This document shows, piece by piece, positions 35,165-47,000 of a DNA stretch of 64,000 nucleotides; positions within the stretch are counted from its first letter, which is position 1; each line of letters opens with the position of its first letter. The translations under genes were made by a program, and so were the position numbers. The notes beneath the pieces are model-generated. The model worked only from the letters and a program-made list of their open reading frames with translations, was not told where the DNA came from and searched no databases. The DNA is from Lytechinus pictus (lineage: Eukaryota). The stretch spans positions 28,646,001 through 28,710,000 of the forward strand of contig NC_087251.1 of assembly GCF_037042905.1 (NCBI RefSeq). The letters are read 5' to 3'.

Positions 35165-36274
35165 CCAGGTATTACAACTGATAATGTCGCACCAACGCAT
35201 AATGTCGCAGATTGCGACATTATGCCAAGAGCGTCCGACGCATAATGTCGCAGTCAACGCATAATGTCGTAGTTTTTCTAACGCATAACGTCACATGTCG
35301 CAATGCATAATGTCGCAGCAAATTGTCAACGCATAATGTCACATGTCGCAACGCATAAAGTCGCAGCGGTATTTTCTTCAGGACTCGAGCTACAGATAAG
35401 ATATAAAATATGCTTTTACTAAGTATTTTGAGACACGAGAAAGAGAATTAAGTGATTTGGAAATCAGAATTAGTCTTTGTATCGATATTTATCGGTTTAT
35501 TGCCATTTCGTCCACTGCCTTTTCCCCACTATCGCATGGTCTGATATAATTTCGTCTACCATTAGTTAGTCAACTATCAACATAGTCCAATAACCATTTT
35601 GTCTAATTACCATCTCGTCTAATAGCCAGTTGGTCTAATAGCAGTTATGTTTATTATCATTTAGTCTAATCGTTTTTTTTTTCAATTGGTCCATTGCAAT
35701 ATCCACTTTGTCCAATATCATTACGTCTATTACCTTTTGGCCTAATAGCCAATTGGTCTAATAACCACTTGGTCTACTCTTATTTCGTCCATGTTCCATT
35801 TGGTCTAACTTCAATTGGTTTGCTATCACTTTGTCTAAACCCATTTCGGCTAACAATCATTTGGCATCGTTGCCATGGGTCCAATCAGCGGTATTTTCTA
35901 CAGGAATCGAGTTACATAACTAAACAATTGACGGCAGCGCGAGCCGAAAAATAGATTTTGGATTAAAGAACAGGACACTCTTTTAATGTTTTGTAAATCG
36001 TAAAATGGATGGGTAACTAGGTATCTTCCTACATTAATGCTAATAATGCGAGCAGAAGTTTTTTGATATTCTGATCTGAAACTGGATAATTCAAGCACGT
36101 TAGAAATATATAGAACAAGCTGCGTATGTCAATAAACTTTTTAGATTTAGACCTAGAATTTAGGCATTTTGAATACATGTTTCATTTTCGTTTCATTTTA
36201 TTTACTGTTTTCCGTTTCACAATGTTGTATATAAACATATCATTAAAAAATAAAGAATAATATAACAAAACATA

Positions 36275-36507
36275 GCGATAGCTCAGTCGATATATAGAGC
36301 GGGGTTTCGGATTCCGGTGACCCGGGTTCGATTCCCAAGTGGTGCGCTAGTGCCCTTTGGTAAGGCATTTATCCTCATTACCAGGTCACTCGGAGAGGAC
36401 CTTAAGCCGTTGGTCCCCTGATTGCTTGCTCACTGGCATTTGTGCTTTCTTAGCAGTCAGGTAAAACCTCGGTATAACATAACATAACATATAGCATAAC
36501 ATAACAT
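36275..36507 (+). mobile_element. tRNA-derived SINE with (ATAAC)n tail
   Basis: A-box tagctcagtcga, B-box ggttcgattcc, body gtgccctttggtaaggcattt...ggagaggaccttaagccgttggtcc, tail ataacataacataac. Confidence 0.85.
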
Positions 36508-36927
36508 CTTATAAAACATAATAAGGCCTATAGATTTGATAAACACAATTAATGACATTCAGCTGCCTTAAACGATTTTTTTTTGTATTTTAGAATGAAA
36601 CGGAGGGGCTGCCGAAAATGAGCAATGCTTGTATGTGAGGCCAGCCCCAAAACTTAGTTTCATTACCTAATTTTACACACATGCATAAATATAACTTCGT
36701 AAAAGTAAAAACAATAATAGTAATAATTATCGATGTACACTTTGCAAAGCAAATCAGAACTGAAAAAGCATAAAAATATAAAGCGAGAGCGAAGCGCGAG
36801 CTAAAAATACTTCATATTCCAATCCTAAAAGGGGTAAATTTAAGCACTTTTTCTATGCATGAAAATTCTGAAGTAGATGTGGATGCGAGCGCGAAGCGAA
36901 AATTTTAGCCTATACAGTACATGGTGA

Positions 36928-37126
36928 TTTTTTACCTGGTTGCTAAGAAAGCATGAATGCTTGTAGGCAAGCAACCAGAGGACCGACGGCTTAAGGTCCT
37001 CTCCAAGAGACCTGGTAGGCATAATGACTATTATGCCTTACCAAGGGGCACTAACGCACCAATTAGGAATCGAATCCGAGTCACCGGAATCAGAAACCCC
37101 CGCTTTACCGACTGAGCTATCGCGCC
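36928..37126 (-). mobile_element. tRNA-derived SINE, same family as 36275-36507, opposite strand
   Basis: Reverse complement reads ggcgcgatagctcagtcggtaaagcggggg...ggattcgattcc...ggagaggaccttaagccgtcggtcc...tttcttagcaaccaggtaaaaa. Confidence 0.85.
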
Positions 37127-40100
37127 TCTTTTAAGACATGAAAGATTTTCTTTTTTAATTTTCAAAGTCTTCACCTTACCCTATTTTATTCACTCTTCTG
37201 TCTCCTCTTATTTTTCCTCATTTTCGCTCCTCTCTTTCCCCTTCTTTTCCCTTTTCTTTCGTTCCCCTTCCTTTTTTATGCGGGGGGGGGGGGGCGGACC
37301 CGGGCCTTTCCCTGGATCCGCCTATGCACTGTCGGCGGATGGTAAAGGGTTTTTTGCGCTCGCGAGCTGATTTGAACCACAAATCAGGAGTAGTACTGCA
37401 ACAAGTCGGCAATGATACATAGAGTCACCGTAGAGGTCTAGTGCCAGTAGACCATATGGTTATAAGATGAAATGAATACGTTTATTGGACGAAATGATGA
37501 TTAGACGAGATGGCGATTGGACCTATTGGTGATTGGACCCATGGCAAATCTACCAAATGATTGTTAGCCGAAATGGGTTTAGACACAGTGATAGTGAACC
37601 AATTTAAGTTAGACCAAATGGAACGTGGACAAAATGAGAGTAGACCAAGTGGTTATTAGACCAATCGGCTATTAGACCAAAAGGTAATAGACGTAATGAT
37701 ATTGGACAAAGTGGATATTGGACCAATTGGAAAAAAAATACAATTAGACTAAATGATAATAAACAAAACGGCTATTAGACCAACTGGCTATTAGACGAGA
37801 TGGTAATTGGACTATGATGATAGTTGACTAACTAATGGTAGACGAAATGATATCAGACTATGCGATAGTGGGGAAAAAGGCAGTAGACGAAATGGCAATA
37901 AACCGATAAATATCCATACAAAGAGTAATTCTGATTTCCAAATCACTTAATTCTCTTTCTCGTGTCTCAAAATACTTAGTGAAAGCATATCTTATATCTT
38001 ATCTGTAGCTCGAGTCCTGAAGAAAATACCGCTGTGACATTATGCGTTGCGACATGTGACGTTATGCGTTAGAAAAATTACGACATTATGCGTCGGACGC
38101 TCTTGGCATAATGTCGCAATCTGCGACATTATGCGTTGGTGCGACATTATCGGTTGTAACACCAGGTAGGAAGTTCTCATGTTAATTTCTAGGTCAGTAT
38201 ACAAATGTAGATCTAAAGTGTTGATTGTTGTTGGATTTTGAGCGGGTATTCCTGAGTAAACAACAAAGTTTTAACATCTTAGATCATTCCTAAAAACAAG
38301 ATAAGGCATTTCAGTAGACCGTAATAAATAATGCGAAAGCGGAGCGAGCTCAGATGTTTTTGATATTTCATGTAGTTACAGACTTGAAAATTGATCTTTC
38401 TGAGCAGTCTATGTAATCATGAATAAGAGGTTTTTTTCGATATTCGGACCTGAAAACAGCACAGTGTAAGGAAAATTGTTAATAAAGAACGAAATATGCT
38501 AGCTGATTTTTTTATTTAGGTCATGATTTCCAAGATGGATATCTAAGCAATTGATGCGAAATCATTTTTTTTGTTTAGATTTAGACCTAGAACGGGTGCA
38601 TTCTAAGCTCTTTTTGTGATCATGAACAGAATAGGTACAATTAAACAATTGATGCGAGTGCAAGGTGCAGGCTAACAACTTTTGATATTCCGATTTGAAA
38701 AACTGGACCATTTTTAATATAGGTTTTCCCGCCCAATTTCATCAGAGTTGCATTTAAATTGATGAAAGGAAGTTCAAATTCCAAAGATTTTTGTCCACCC
38801 TCTGCACACATGGTTCATTTTCATTTATTTAGCATTAAATTCCGTTCTATATCATTCCTTTGAATTTTGTAGAAATTCAATTTAGAGAGAAATTCGTCAA
38901 ATTAATGGCCCAAAGTTGTCATTTAAATTCGCTACGACGGACTGATCGTTTAATTTCGCCTTAAATGCCATTTTCAATTTCATTTATTGGCACACATATT
39001 TGCACTTTAACCTCAAAATTCAGATAACATGTTCTGTGTTCATTGTTTTTATTACGTTATACAATATTCGTTCAAAGTTTATCTTATCTTTCTATTCTTT
39101 TCTGACCTTTTTAGTTAATTTTATTCCATTATGTTTGATAAAGACGTAATTATTATAGGATATGGTTGTAAACGGTTATTATTTTAGTGATTGGTGAGTG
39201 GGTGGATGACCTTTCCCTATAGCAGGTATCTTGTTCTTTTTAGGTGGTCTGTCATGAAAATGACAGATCATCTTTTATATTCGTCAGAATTTTCTTTATT
39301 TTTATTGCCAAATCTTTGTCCCACTTTATCTCAAAATCGGGCATGTCAATTTCCTTGATTTTCATGTCATGCATGGCCATCATTATGGACATGGGAAACG
39401 AAATTTTTCAAGGTTATCAAATCATGATGACGTCATCTAGGCGCCATTTTGTAAAATTAAATGATTGATCATATCATCGCAACTAATCATCAAAAATCAT
39501 CCATATTTGCATCATATCAAGTTCAGGTGACAGGTCATCAGGACATATCATCAGAGGTCATGCAAAATGTGCAAAGGTCACGAAGCGCACGTACGCGCGC
39601 GTCAAAATTTTAAATTTCCCCAAATCGACCGTGGTCAAGTTTGGGTACGTTTCTGGTCATTTTGAGCATGTCAAGAATTTGCGCGCTCACAGGTATGCGT
39701 GCGTGTTCTTGCACCTACAATCGGTATTCATCTTCGAGTCATCATTTAATTGATGTCTTTTCATTGTCCATTATCTTCTGATTAATTTGATACCTCATTC
39801 AGCCTCTTACGACCAATAATACGGGAATGCGCGTCCATTCAAATTTGCATTACTCGCGCGTGCAAACTTGCAAAATAAGTCATAAATGCGCAAAAATATG
39901 CCTATATAAAATTCACTGTAGCTCTTCAGGGAGCCCGTTGACCCCAAATTTTTTCTCACTCTTGGATATAGTCAATATCTCATTTGGAGATTTCGTAATT
40001 ACGTCAAGATTAAGTTATTAGTGAAAATTACATATTTTTGCAACATACATCAACGTATTTGACCGTTTCTTTGTTATTACTGGTCAGTTTTCTCCCAAAT

Positions 40101-40794
40101 TCTGATACGATGTAGTTAAGACAATTCTTTGCAAATAACGTGTGAAAATGTTTCACTTTTGACCACAGCATCAATGTGTTATGACTGTAAAGGACATTTT
40201 TTATTAATCAATTGTACGGTCTTGCTGAAAATTTCAAGCCCCCTTGCTTTGCGGTGTTTTATGTAGGACATTTTTTGTAATTTTGCCGGAACTTTATAAG
40301 GGGTAATTTTAACATTGTAAAATATCATTTATGCATTTTTTTAGGAAACGCAATATTGAGACGCTATTGGGTTGAAAAATTTCATTCTGGACTTTTTGCG
40401 GAAATTCCTGGATTTTTTCTATTTGGTGATTTTTACTAAATAACGTATAACACATTTTCAGGTACCTTCTGTCAACTGAAAAAATGTGCAATTTAGTTAT
40501 TTTCACATTTTCCCCAATTTTTGCAGAAAAATTGCCAGTATTTGAATCTTTTACCTGACGTTTTTCAGCAAAAACCATCAAGAAAGAATTTTCAAGTAAA
40601 TGTCGAAGTCTTACACAATTAATATATGGATATTGAAAATTCTTGACGGAAAATATTATGTGAAATGTTTAGAAATTTGCAGAGATTTTGCAAACATTTA
40701 CAAAAAAAGATCTACTTAATTCTTTTATCAAATACATCACTGATGAGTATTGAAGTGAATGCTCTAAAATTGTAGCATTGTGAAACTTCTCATA

Positions 40795-41015
40795 AAAAAA
40801 GAGGAAAAAAGAGAGAGGAAAAGGGGGAAGAAGAGAAAAAAAAAGAGATAGGAAGAGGGGAAAGGAAGAGAAAAAAAAACACAGAAAAGGGGGAAAGGAA
40901 GAGAAGAAAAAAGGGAGAGAGGAGGAGAGGGAAAGAAGAGGAAAAAAGAGAGGGGAAAGAACGAGAAGAAAAAAAAAGAAAGAGGAAGAGGGGGAAATAA
41001 AGAGAGAAGGATAAA
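40795..41015 (+). repeat. Polypurine (GA-rich) low-complexity tract immediately upstream of the satellite
   Basis: ~220 nt almost entirely A/G; produces the F/S/L-rich minus-strand ORF. Confidence 0.9.
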
Positions 41016-41206
41016 AAAATATGTTAACCAAGGCGCCGATTTAATGTTCGAACTAGGGGCGCGGAATTTGTGTTCGAACTCGGGGGGGGGGGGGGGGGCG
41101 AATCGATGTTCGAAAGGGGAGGGGCACCAAATCGATGTTCAAACTAGGGGCGCCAAACTCATGTTCGAACGGAGGGGGGGGGGGGAGCAAAGTTGATGTT
41201 CATCTA

Positions 41207-42091
41207 CGCTGTTAAAAAAACCCTGAATTTACAGGAAAAAAATAGAAGATTTTGCAGAAAGCAACAACATAATCATTCTGTAAATTCATAAAACAGGAAT
41301 TTTTCTGCAATTTAACAGAACAAGTCTGTTTGAAAAGGGGGAAAAGGTTGTTTTATTTGAAAGGACAAGTACACCCCAACAAAAAATTGGTTTGAATAAA
41401 AAGAGAAAAACTCAACAAGCATATCACTGAAAATTTCATCAAAATCGGATCAAAAATAAGAAAGTTATGACATTTTAAATTTTCGCTTAATTTCACAAAA
41501 CAGTTATATGCACATCCTGGTCGGTATGCAAATGAGGAGACTGATGACATCATCCACTCACTATTTCCTTTGTATTTTATTATATGAAATATTCTAATTT
41601 TCTCCTCATTGTCAAGTGAAACAATGATTAACTCCTCCCTGAACACGTGGAATTGGCATTGTTGAATACTATATGGTTCAGTCAAGTTTGTCCTCATTTT
41701 CAAATCTGTAAAAAATGAAATATTGTATAATTCAAACAATAAAAAACAAAATAAATAGTGAGAGATGGACATCATCAACTGACTCATTTGCATGTCACTG
41801 AATTGTGCATATCACTGTTTTGTGAAAAATAGCGAAACTTTAAAATACCATAACTTTCTTATTTTACATCCGATTTTGATGAAATTTTCAGCATTATGCT
41901 AGTTTGATTTTTCTTTATTCATTCAAATCAACATTTTTCTGGGGTGGACTTGACCTTTAAGGAAATTTGTAAGGTTCCATACACCAAATACCAATTTCCT
42001 GTAAGATTACGCAATCTGGTAAGATTACAGGTGTTCTCGAGACTCTGCTGCAGGAACTTCTTTTATTTTTAGGATAAATTTTCTAACAGTG
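41207..42091. mobile_element. CACTG-type (EnSpm/CACTA-like) non-autonomous element with TA TSD, inserted in a satellite monomer
   Basis: gatgttcatc-ta|cgctgttaaaaaa ... ttttctaacagtg|ta-ggggg. Removing it restores ...atgttcatcTAggggg. Confidence 0.75.
41358..41960. mobile_element. TTAA-type ~600-bp MITE, Kolobok-like; copy 3, nested in 41207-42091
   Basis: tgaa|aggacaagtacacccc ... ggggtggacttgacct|ttaa; homologous to 29231-29838. Confidence 0.88.
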
Positions 42092-43039
42092 TAGGGGGTG
42101 GGGGCAGCATTGATGTTCGAAGTAGGGTGGGGTCAAATTGATGTTCAAACTAGGGGGCGCCGAATAATGTTTAAACTAGGGGTGCCAAATAATTGATGTT
42201 AGAAGTAGGGGGCGCTAAATATTTGTTTGAACTAGGAGAGTGCAGAATTGATGTTCGAACTAGGGGGGCGCCGAATTGATGTTCGAACCAGGGGGCGCCC
42301 ATTTGATGTTCAAATTTGGAGGCGTCGAATTGATGTTCGAACTAGGGGGGGGGGGGTGCCAAATGCGTTTGAACTAGGGGCACCGAATAATGTTCGAACA
42401 AGGGGGGCACCGAATACTGTTTGGAGTAGGGGGGGCGTCGAATTGATGTTCGAAGTAGGGGGCGCTAAATTTTTGTTTGAACTAGGAGAGTGCAAAATTG
42501 ATGTTCGAACTAGGGGGCGCCGAAATGATGTTCAATCTAAGGGCGTTGAAATGATGTTCGAACCAGGGGCGCTAAATTTTTGTTTGAACTAGTAGAGTGC
42601 AGAATTTATGTTCGAACTCGGGGGAGGGGTGCCAAATACGTTTGAACTAGGGGCGCCGAATAATGTTCGAACAAGGGGGGCGCCGAATACTGTTCGAAGT
42701 AGGGGGTGTCGAATTGATGTTTGAATTAGGGTGGTGTCGATTTTTTTGGAACTAGGAGGGCGCAAAATTGATGTTCGAACTAGGGGGCGCCGAAATGATG
42801 TTCAATCTAGGGTCGTTGAATTGATGTTCGAACCAGGGGCGCTAAATTTTTGTTTGAACTAGTAGAGTGCAGAATTGATGTTCGAACTAGGGGGAGGGGT
42901 GCCAAATACGTTTTAACTAGGGGCGCCGAATAATGTTCGAACAAGGGGGGCGCCGAATACTGTTCGGGGTAGGGGGTGTCGAATTGATGTTTGAAGTAGG
43001 GTGGTGTCGATTTTTTTTTGAACTAGGAGGGCGCAGAAT

Positions 43040-44064
43040 CAGTGACGTACCGTGGGTCACGGCAATAGGGGGACACCAGCAAAAATCAGAGTCACTCAGC
43101 GGGCGCACGAAGCGCGCTCAATAGCAAGCTATAGGCCTACTGACTTACTAGAGAGATTTTAAGGATTTTGCCATTAAACGGATAAGTATCTCACTGATCA
43201 AATAAAGCGAGCACGAAGCGCGAGCTGAAAATTTTGATATTCAGTCCTAAAAAGAGACATTAAAAGGAGATTTTTGTAATCATAATACTTACCTGTCTCA
43301 CGAAACAAACAATTCGAGCGTGAGTTGATATTTTGGAATACATTGACCCCAAACAGGGACATTTTATGGACTATTTTAATCTAGGAATTCACTAAGAACA
43401 TAAATATCTCACCATCGCCATCTAATGCGAGCGATGCGCTTGCAGATTCTTTTATAGAATTACACCTAAACACATGAAGCACTTTTTGTAGTCATTGTAA
43501 TCATGTGAACATGATACGTATCTCACTAATCAAATATTGCGAGTGCGAGCTGAAAATTATAGAAATTCAGACCTGAAGAGGGACATTCTAAGGCTTGTTT
43601 GTAGGAATTCATTAAGAGCAGACATATTTCACCAATCCACTAATGCGAACGTAAGCACTGACTAGAAATGTTTTTTCAGACCTTAAAGGGGCAATCACAT
43701 TTACAGTCATAAAAAAACTATACTAAAATAATTAAAACTCGAAGTGCGAGGAAATACATTTGGTGTATATTGAATTGAAAACGGGGTGTTTTAGTACCAT
43801 CTAATCCCCTTGAATAAGATTATTTATCTCATTAAACTGACAATGCGAGCACCAGGAGTGACGAACATATAGGCCCTAAGCAAACTATGTTCCATAAAGT
43901 TACGAAAAATTTCTTATGTAGTATGCATGTACTATAATATAACATAGTATACTATACAATATTTTTTTCTTCCCCCATTACGTTTCTCTTTTTCTCCATT
44001 TTCCTGGGGTTTTTTTGCCATCCGAAGGGGGGGGGGCACGGGGCACTCAGTAGTTACGCCACTG
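43040..44064. mobile_element. hAT-like non-autonomous element, 1025 bp, perfect 8-bp TSD CGCAGAAT, inserted in the satellite
   Basis: cgcagaat|cagtgacgtac ... gttacgccactg|cgcagaat. Interior has degenerate ~110-bp repeats with the gcgagcgcgaagcgcgagc motif. Confidence 0.9.
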
Positions 44065-47000
44065 CGCAGAATTCATGTTAAAACTAGCGGGCGCCAAGTT
44101 GTTGTTCGAACTAGGGGGGGGGGGCGCCAAATAATGCTCGAACTATATAGGGAGGCGTCCAATTGATGTTCGAACTAGGGGGCACCAAAATTATGTTTGA
44201 ATCAGGGGGCGCCGAATTGATGTTCAAACTAGGGGCGCCAAATTAGTGTTCGAACTAAGGGGCGCCAAATTGATGTTCGAACTAGGGCGCGCCGAATAAT
44301 ATTGAAACAAGGGGCACCGAAAAATGTTCAAACTAGGGGGCGCCAAATTGATGTTCAAAGTAGGGGCGACAAATTAATGTTCGCCCTAGGGGAGGGGGCA
44401 CCGAATTGATGCTCGAACCAGGGGGCGCCCATTTGTGAATTGATGTTCGAACTAGTGGGGGGATGCCAAATTGATGTTCAAACTGAGGGCGCCAAATTAA
44501 TGTTCGCCCTGGGGGAGGGGGGCACCGAAGTGATGTTTGAATCAGGGGGTGCCAAATTGATGTTCAAACTAGGGGGCGCCAAATTGATGTTCGAACTAGG
44601 GCGCGCCGAATAATATTGAAACAAGGGGCACCGAAAAATGTTCAAACTAGGGGGCGCCAAATTGATGTTCAAAGTAGGGGCGACAAATTAATGTTCGCCC
44701 TAGGGGAGGGGGGCACCGAATTGATGCTCGAACCAGGGGGCGCCCATTTGTGAATTGATGTTCGAACTAGTGGGGGGATGCCAAATTGATGTTCAAACTG
44801 AGGGCGCCAAATTAATGTTCGCCCGGGGAGGGGGGGGGGGCGCCAAATTAACGTTCGAATTAGGGGGCACCGAAGTGATGTTTGAACCAGGGGGTGCCAA
44901 ATTGATGTTCAAACTAGGGGGCGCCAAATCAATGTTAGAACTAGAGGGCGCCAAATAATGTCAGAATTAGGGGGGCGTCAAATAATGTTGGAACTCGGGG
45001 GGGGGGGGGTGTTGAATTGATGTTTGAAGTAGGGGAGCGCCGAATTTATGTTCAAAGTAGGGGCGCCAGATCAATGTTCGTCCTAGGGGGCGCAAAATTA
45101 ATGTTCAAATTAGGGGGCACCGAAGTGATGTTTGAACCAGGGGGTGCCGAACTGATGTTCAAACAAGGGGGCGCCAAGCTGATGTTCGAACTACGGGGCG
45201 CCAAATAATGTTCGAATTAGGGGGGCGCCAAATAATGTTGGAACTCGGGGGGGGGGGTGTTGAATTGATGTTTGAAGAAGGGGAGCGCCGAATTTTTATA
45301 CGAACTAGGAGGGCGCAAAATTAATGTTCGAATTAGGGGGCACCGAAGTGATGTTCGAACCAGGGGGTGTCGAACTGAAGTTCACACTAGGGGGGGGGGG
45401 CGAATTGATGTTAGAACTAGGGGCGATGCCAAATACGTTTGAACTAGGGGCGCAGAATAATGTTCGAACAAGGGGGGGGCGCCGAATACTGTTCGGAGTA
45501 GGGGGCGTCGAATTGATGTTGGACGTAGGGGGCGCTAAATTTTTGTTTGAACTAGGAGAGTGCAGAATTGATGTTCGAAGTTGGGGGGCGCCGAAATGAT
45601 GTTCAATCTAGGGGGCGTTGAATTGATGTTCGAACCAGAGGGCGCTATATTTTTGTTTGAGCTAGGAGAGTGCAGAATTGATATAAGAACTAGGGGGCGC
45701 CAAATTGATGTTAGAACTAGGGGGCGCCAAATAATATTCAAACTAGGGGGCGCCAAATTGATGTTCAAAGTAGGGGCGACAAAGTAATGTTCGTCCTAGG
45801 GGGGGGGGGGGCTCCGAATCGATGTTTAAACCAGGGGGGCGCCAATTTGATGTTCTAACTTGGGGGCGCCAAATTTACGTTCAAACTAGGGGGCGCCAAC
45901 TTGATGTTCGAACGAAGGGGGCACCGAATTGATGTTTGAACCAGGGGGCGCCGTGTTGATATTCAAACTGGGGGGGGGGGGCGAATAAATGTTCAAAACA
46001 GGGTGCCGCCGAAATGATGTTCAATCTCGGGGGCGCCAAATAATGAATTAGGGGGGCACCGAATAATGTTCGAACTCAGGGGTGTTGAATTGATGTTTGA
46101 AGTAGGGGAGCGCCGAATTTTTGTACGAACTAGGAGGGCGCAGAATTTATATTCGAATTAGGGGCGTCGAATTGATGTTCAAACTAGGGGGACGCCAAAT
46201 CGATGTTCAAAGTAGGGGCGACAAATTAATGTTCGTCCTAGGGGGGCACCAAATTGATGTTCGAACTAGGGGGCGCCGAAAAAATGTTCGAATTAGAGGG
46301 CGCTGAATTGATGTTCAAACTAGGGGGTGCCAAATTGATATTCGAACTAATGGGCGTCAAAAATTGATGTTTGAACAAGAGGCACCGAATAATGCTCGAA
46401 CAGGGGGGCGTCGAATTGATGTTTGAAGTAGCGGAACGCCGAATTTTCGTGCAAACTAGGATGGTGTAGAATTAATATTCGTCCTAGGGGGCACCAAATT
46501 GATGTTCGAACTAGGGGGCACAAAATTGATGTTCGATCAAGGGTGTCGCCGAAAACGTTCGAGTTAGAGGGCGCTGAATTGATGTTAAAACTAGGTGGGT
46601 TAGTGCCAAATTGATGTTTAAACTAGGGGCGCCAAATTGATGTTTGAACTAGGGATCGCCAAATTGATATTCGAACTAAGGGGGCACCGAATTGATGTTT
46701 GAATCAGGGAGCGCCAAATTGATATTCGAACTAAGGGGGCACCGAATTGATGTTTGAATCAGGGGGTGCCGAACTGATGTTCAAACTAAGGGGCGCCAAG
46801 TTGATGTTCGAACTAGGGGGCGCCAAATAATGTTCGAATTAGGGGGCGCCGAATAATGTTCGAACTCGGGGGGGGGGGGTGTTAAATTAATGTTTGAAGT
46901 AGGGGAGCGCCGAATTTTCGTACGAACTAGGAGGGCGCCAAATTAATGTTCGAATTAGGGAGCACCGAACTGATGTTCAAACTAGGGGGGGGGGCGCCGA

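Larger units (their letters stand above)
35170..38161. mobile_element. ~3-kb non-autonomous element with ~630-720-bp TIRs, T(G/A)T...ACA termini and CCAGG TSD (Ginger-like ends)
   Basis: ccagg|tattacaactgataatgtcgcacc ... ggtgcgacattatcggttgtaaca|ccagg. Arms 35170-35887 and 37530-38161 are highly similar reverse complements with acgcataatgtcgca and ttggtctaat subrepeats. Confidence 0.88.

Noticed and set aside
36275..36350. tRNA gene (also 28595-28665, 32090-32160, 37050-37126)
   Set aside because: A/B boxes are present, but there is no pairing acceptor stem and each continues into a SINE-type body.
40669..41031. 120-aa hydrophobic (F/S/L) minus-strand ORF
   Set aside because: Translation of a polypurine/polypyrimidine low-complexity tract.
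41353..41793. 146-aa minus-strand ORF as a possible transposase
   Set aside because: It lies within a 600-bp MITE, shows no transposase motifs, and the ORF track shows no equivalent ORF in the two sister copies.
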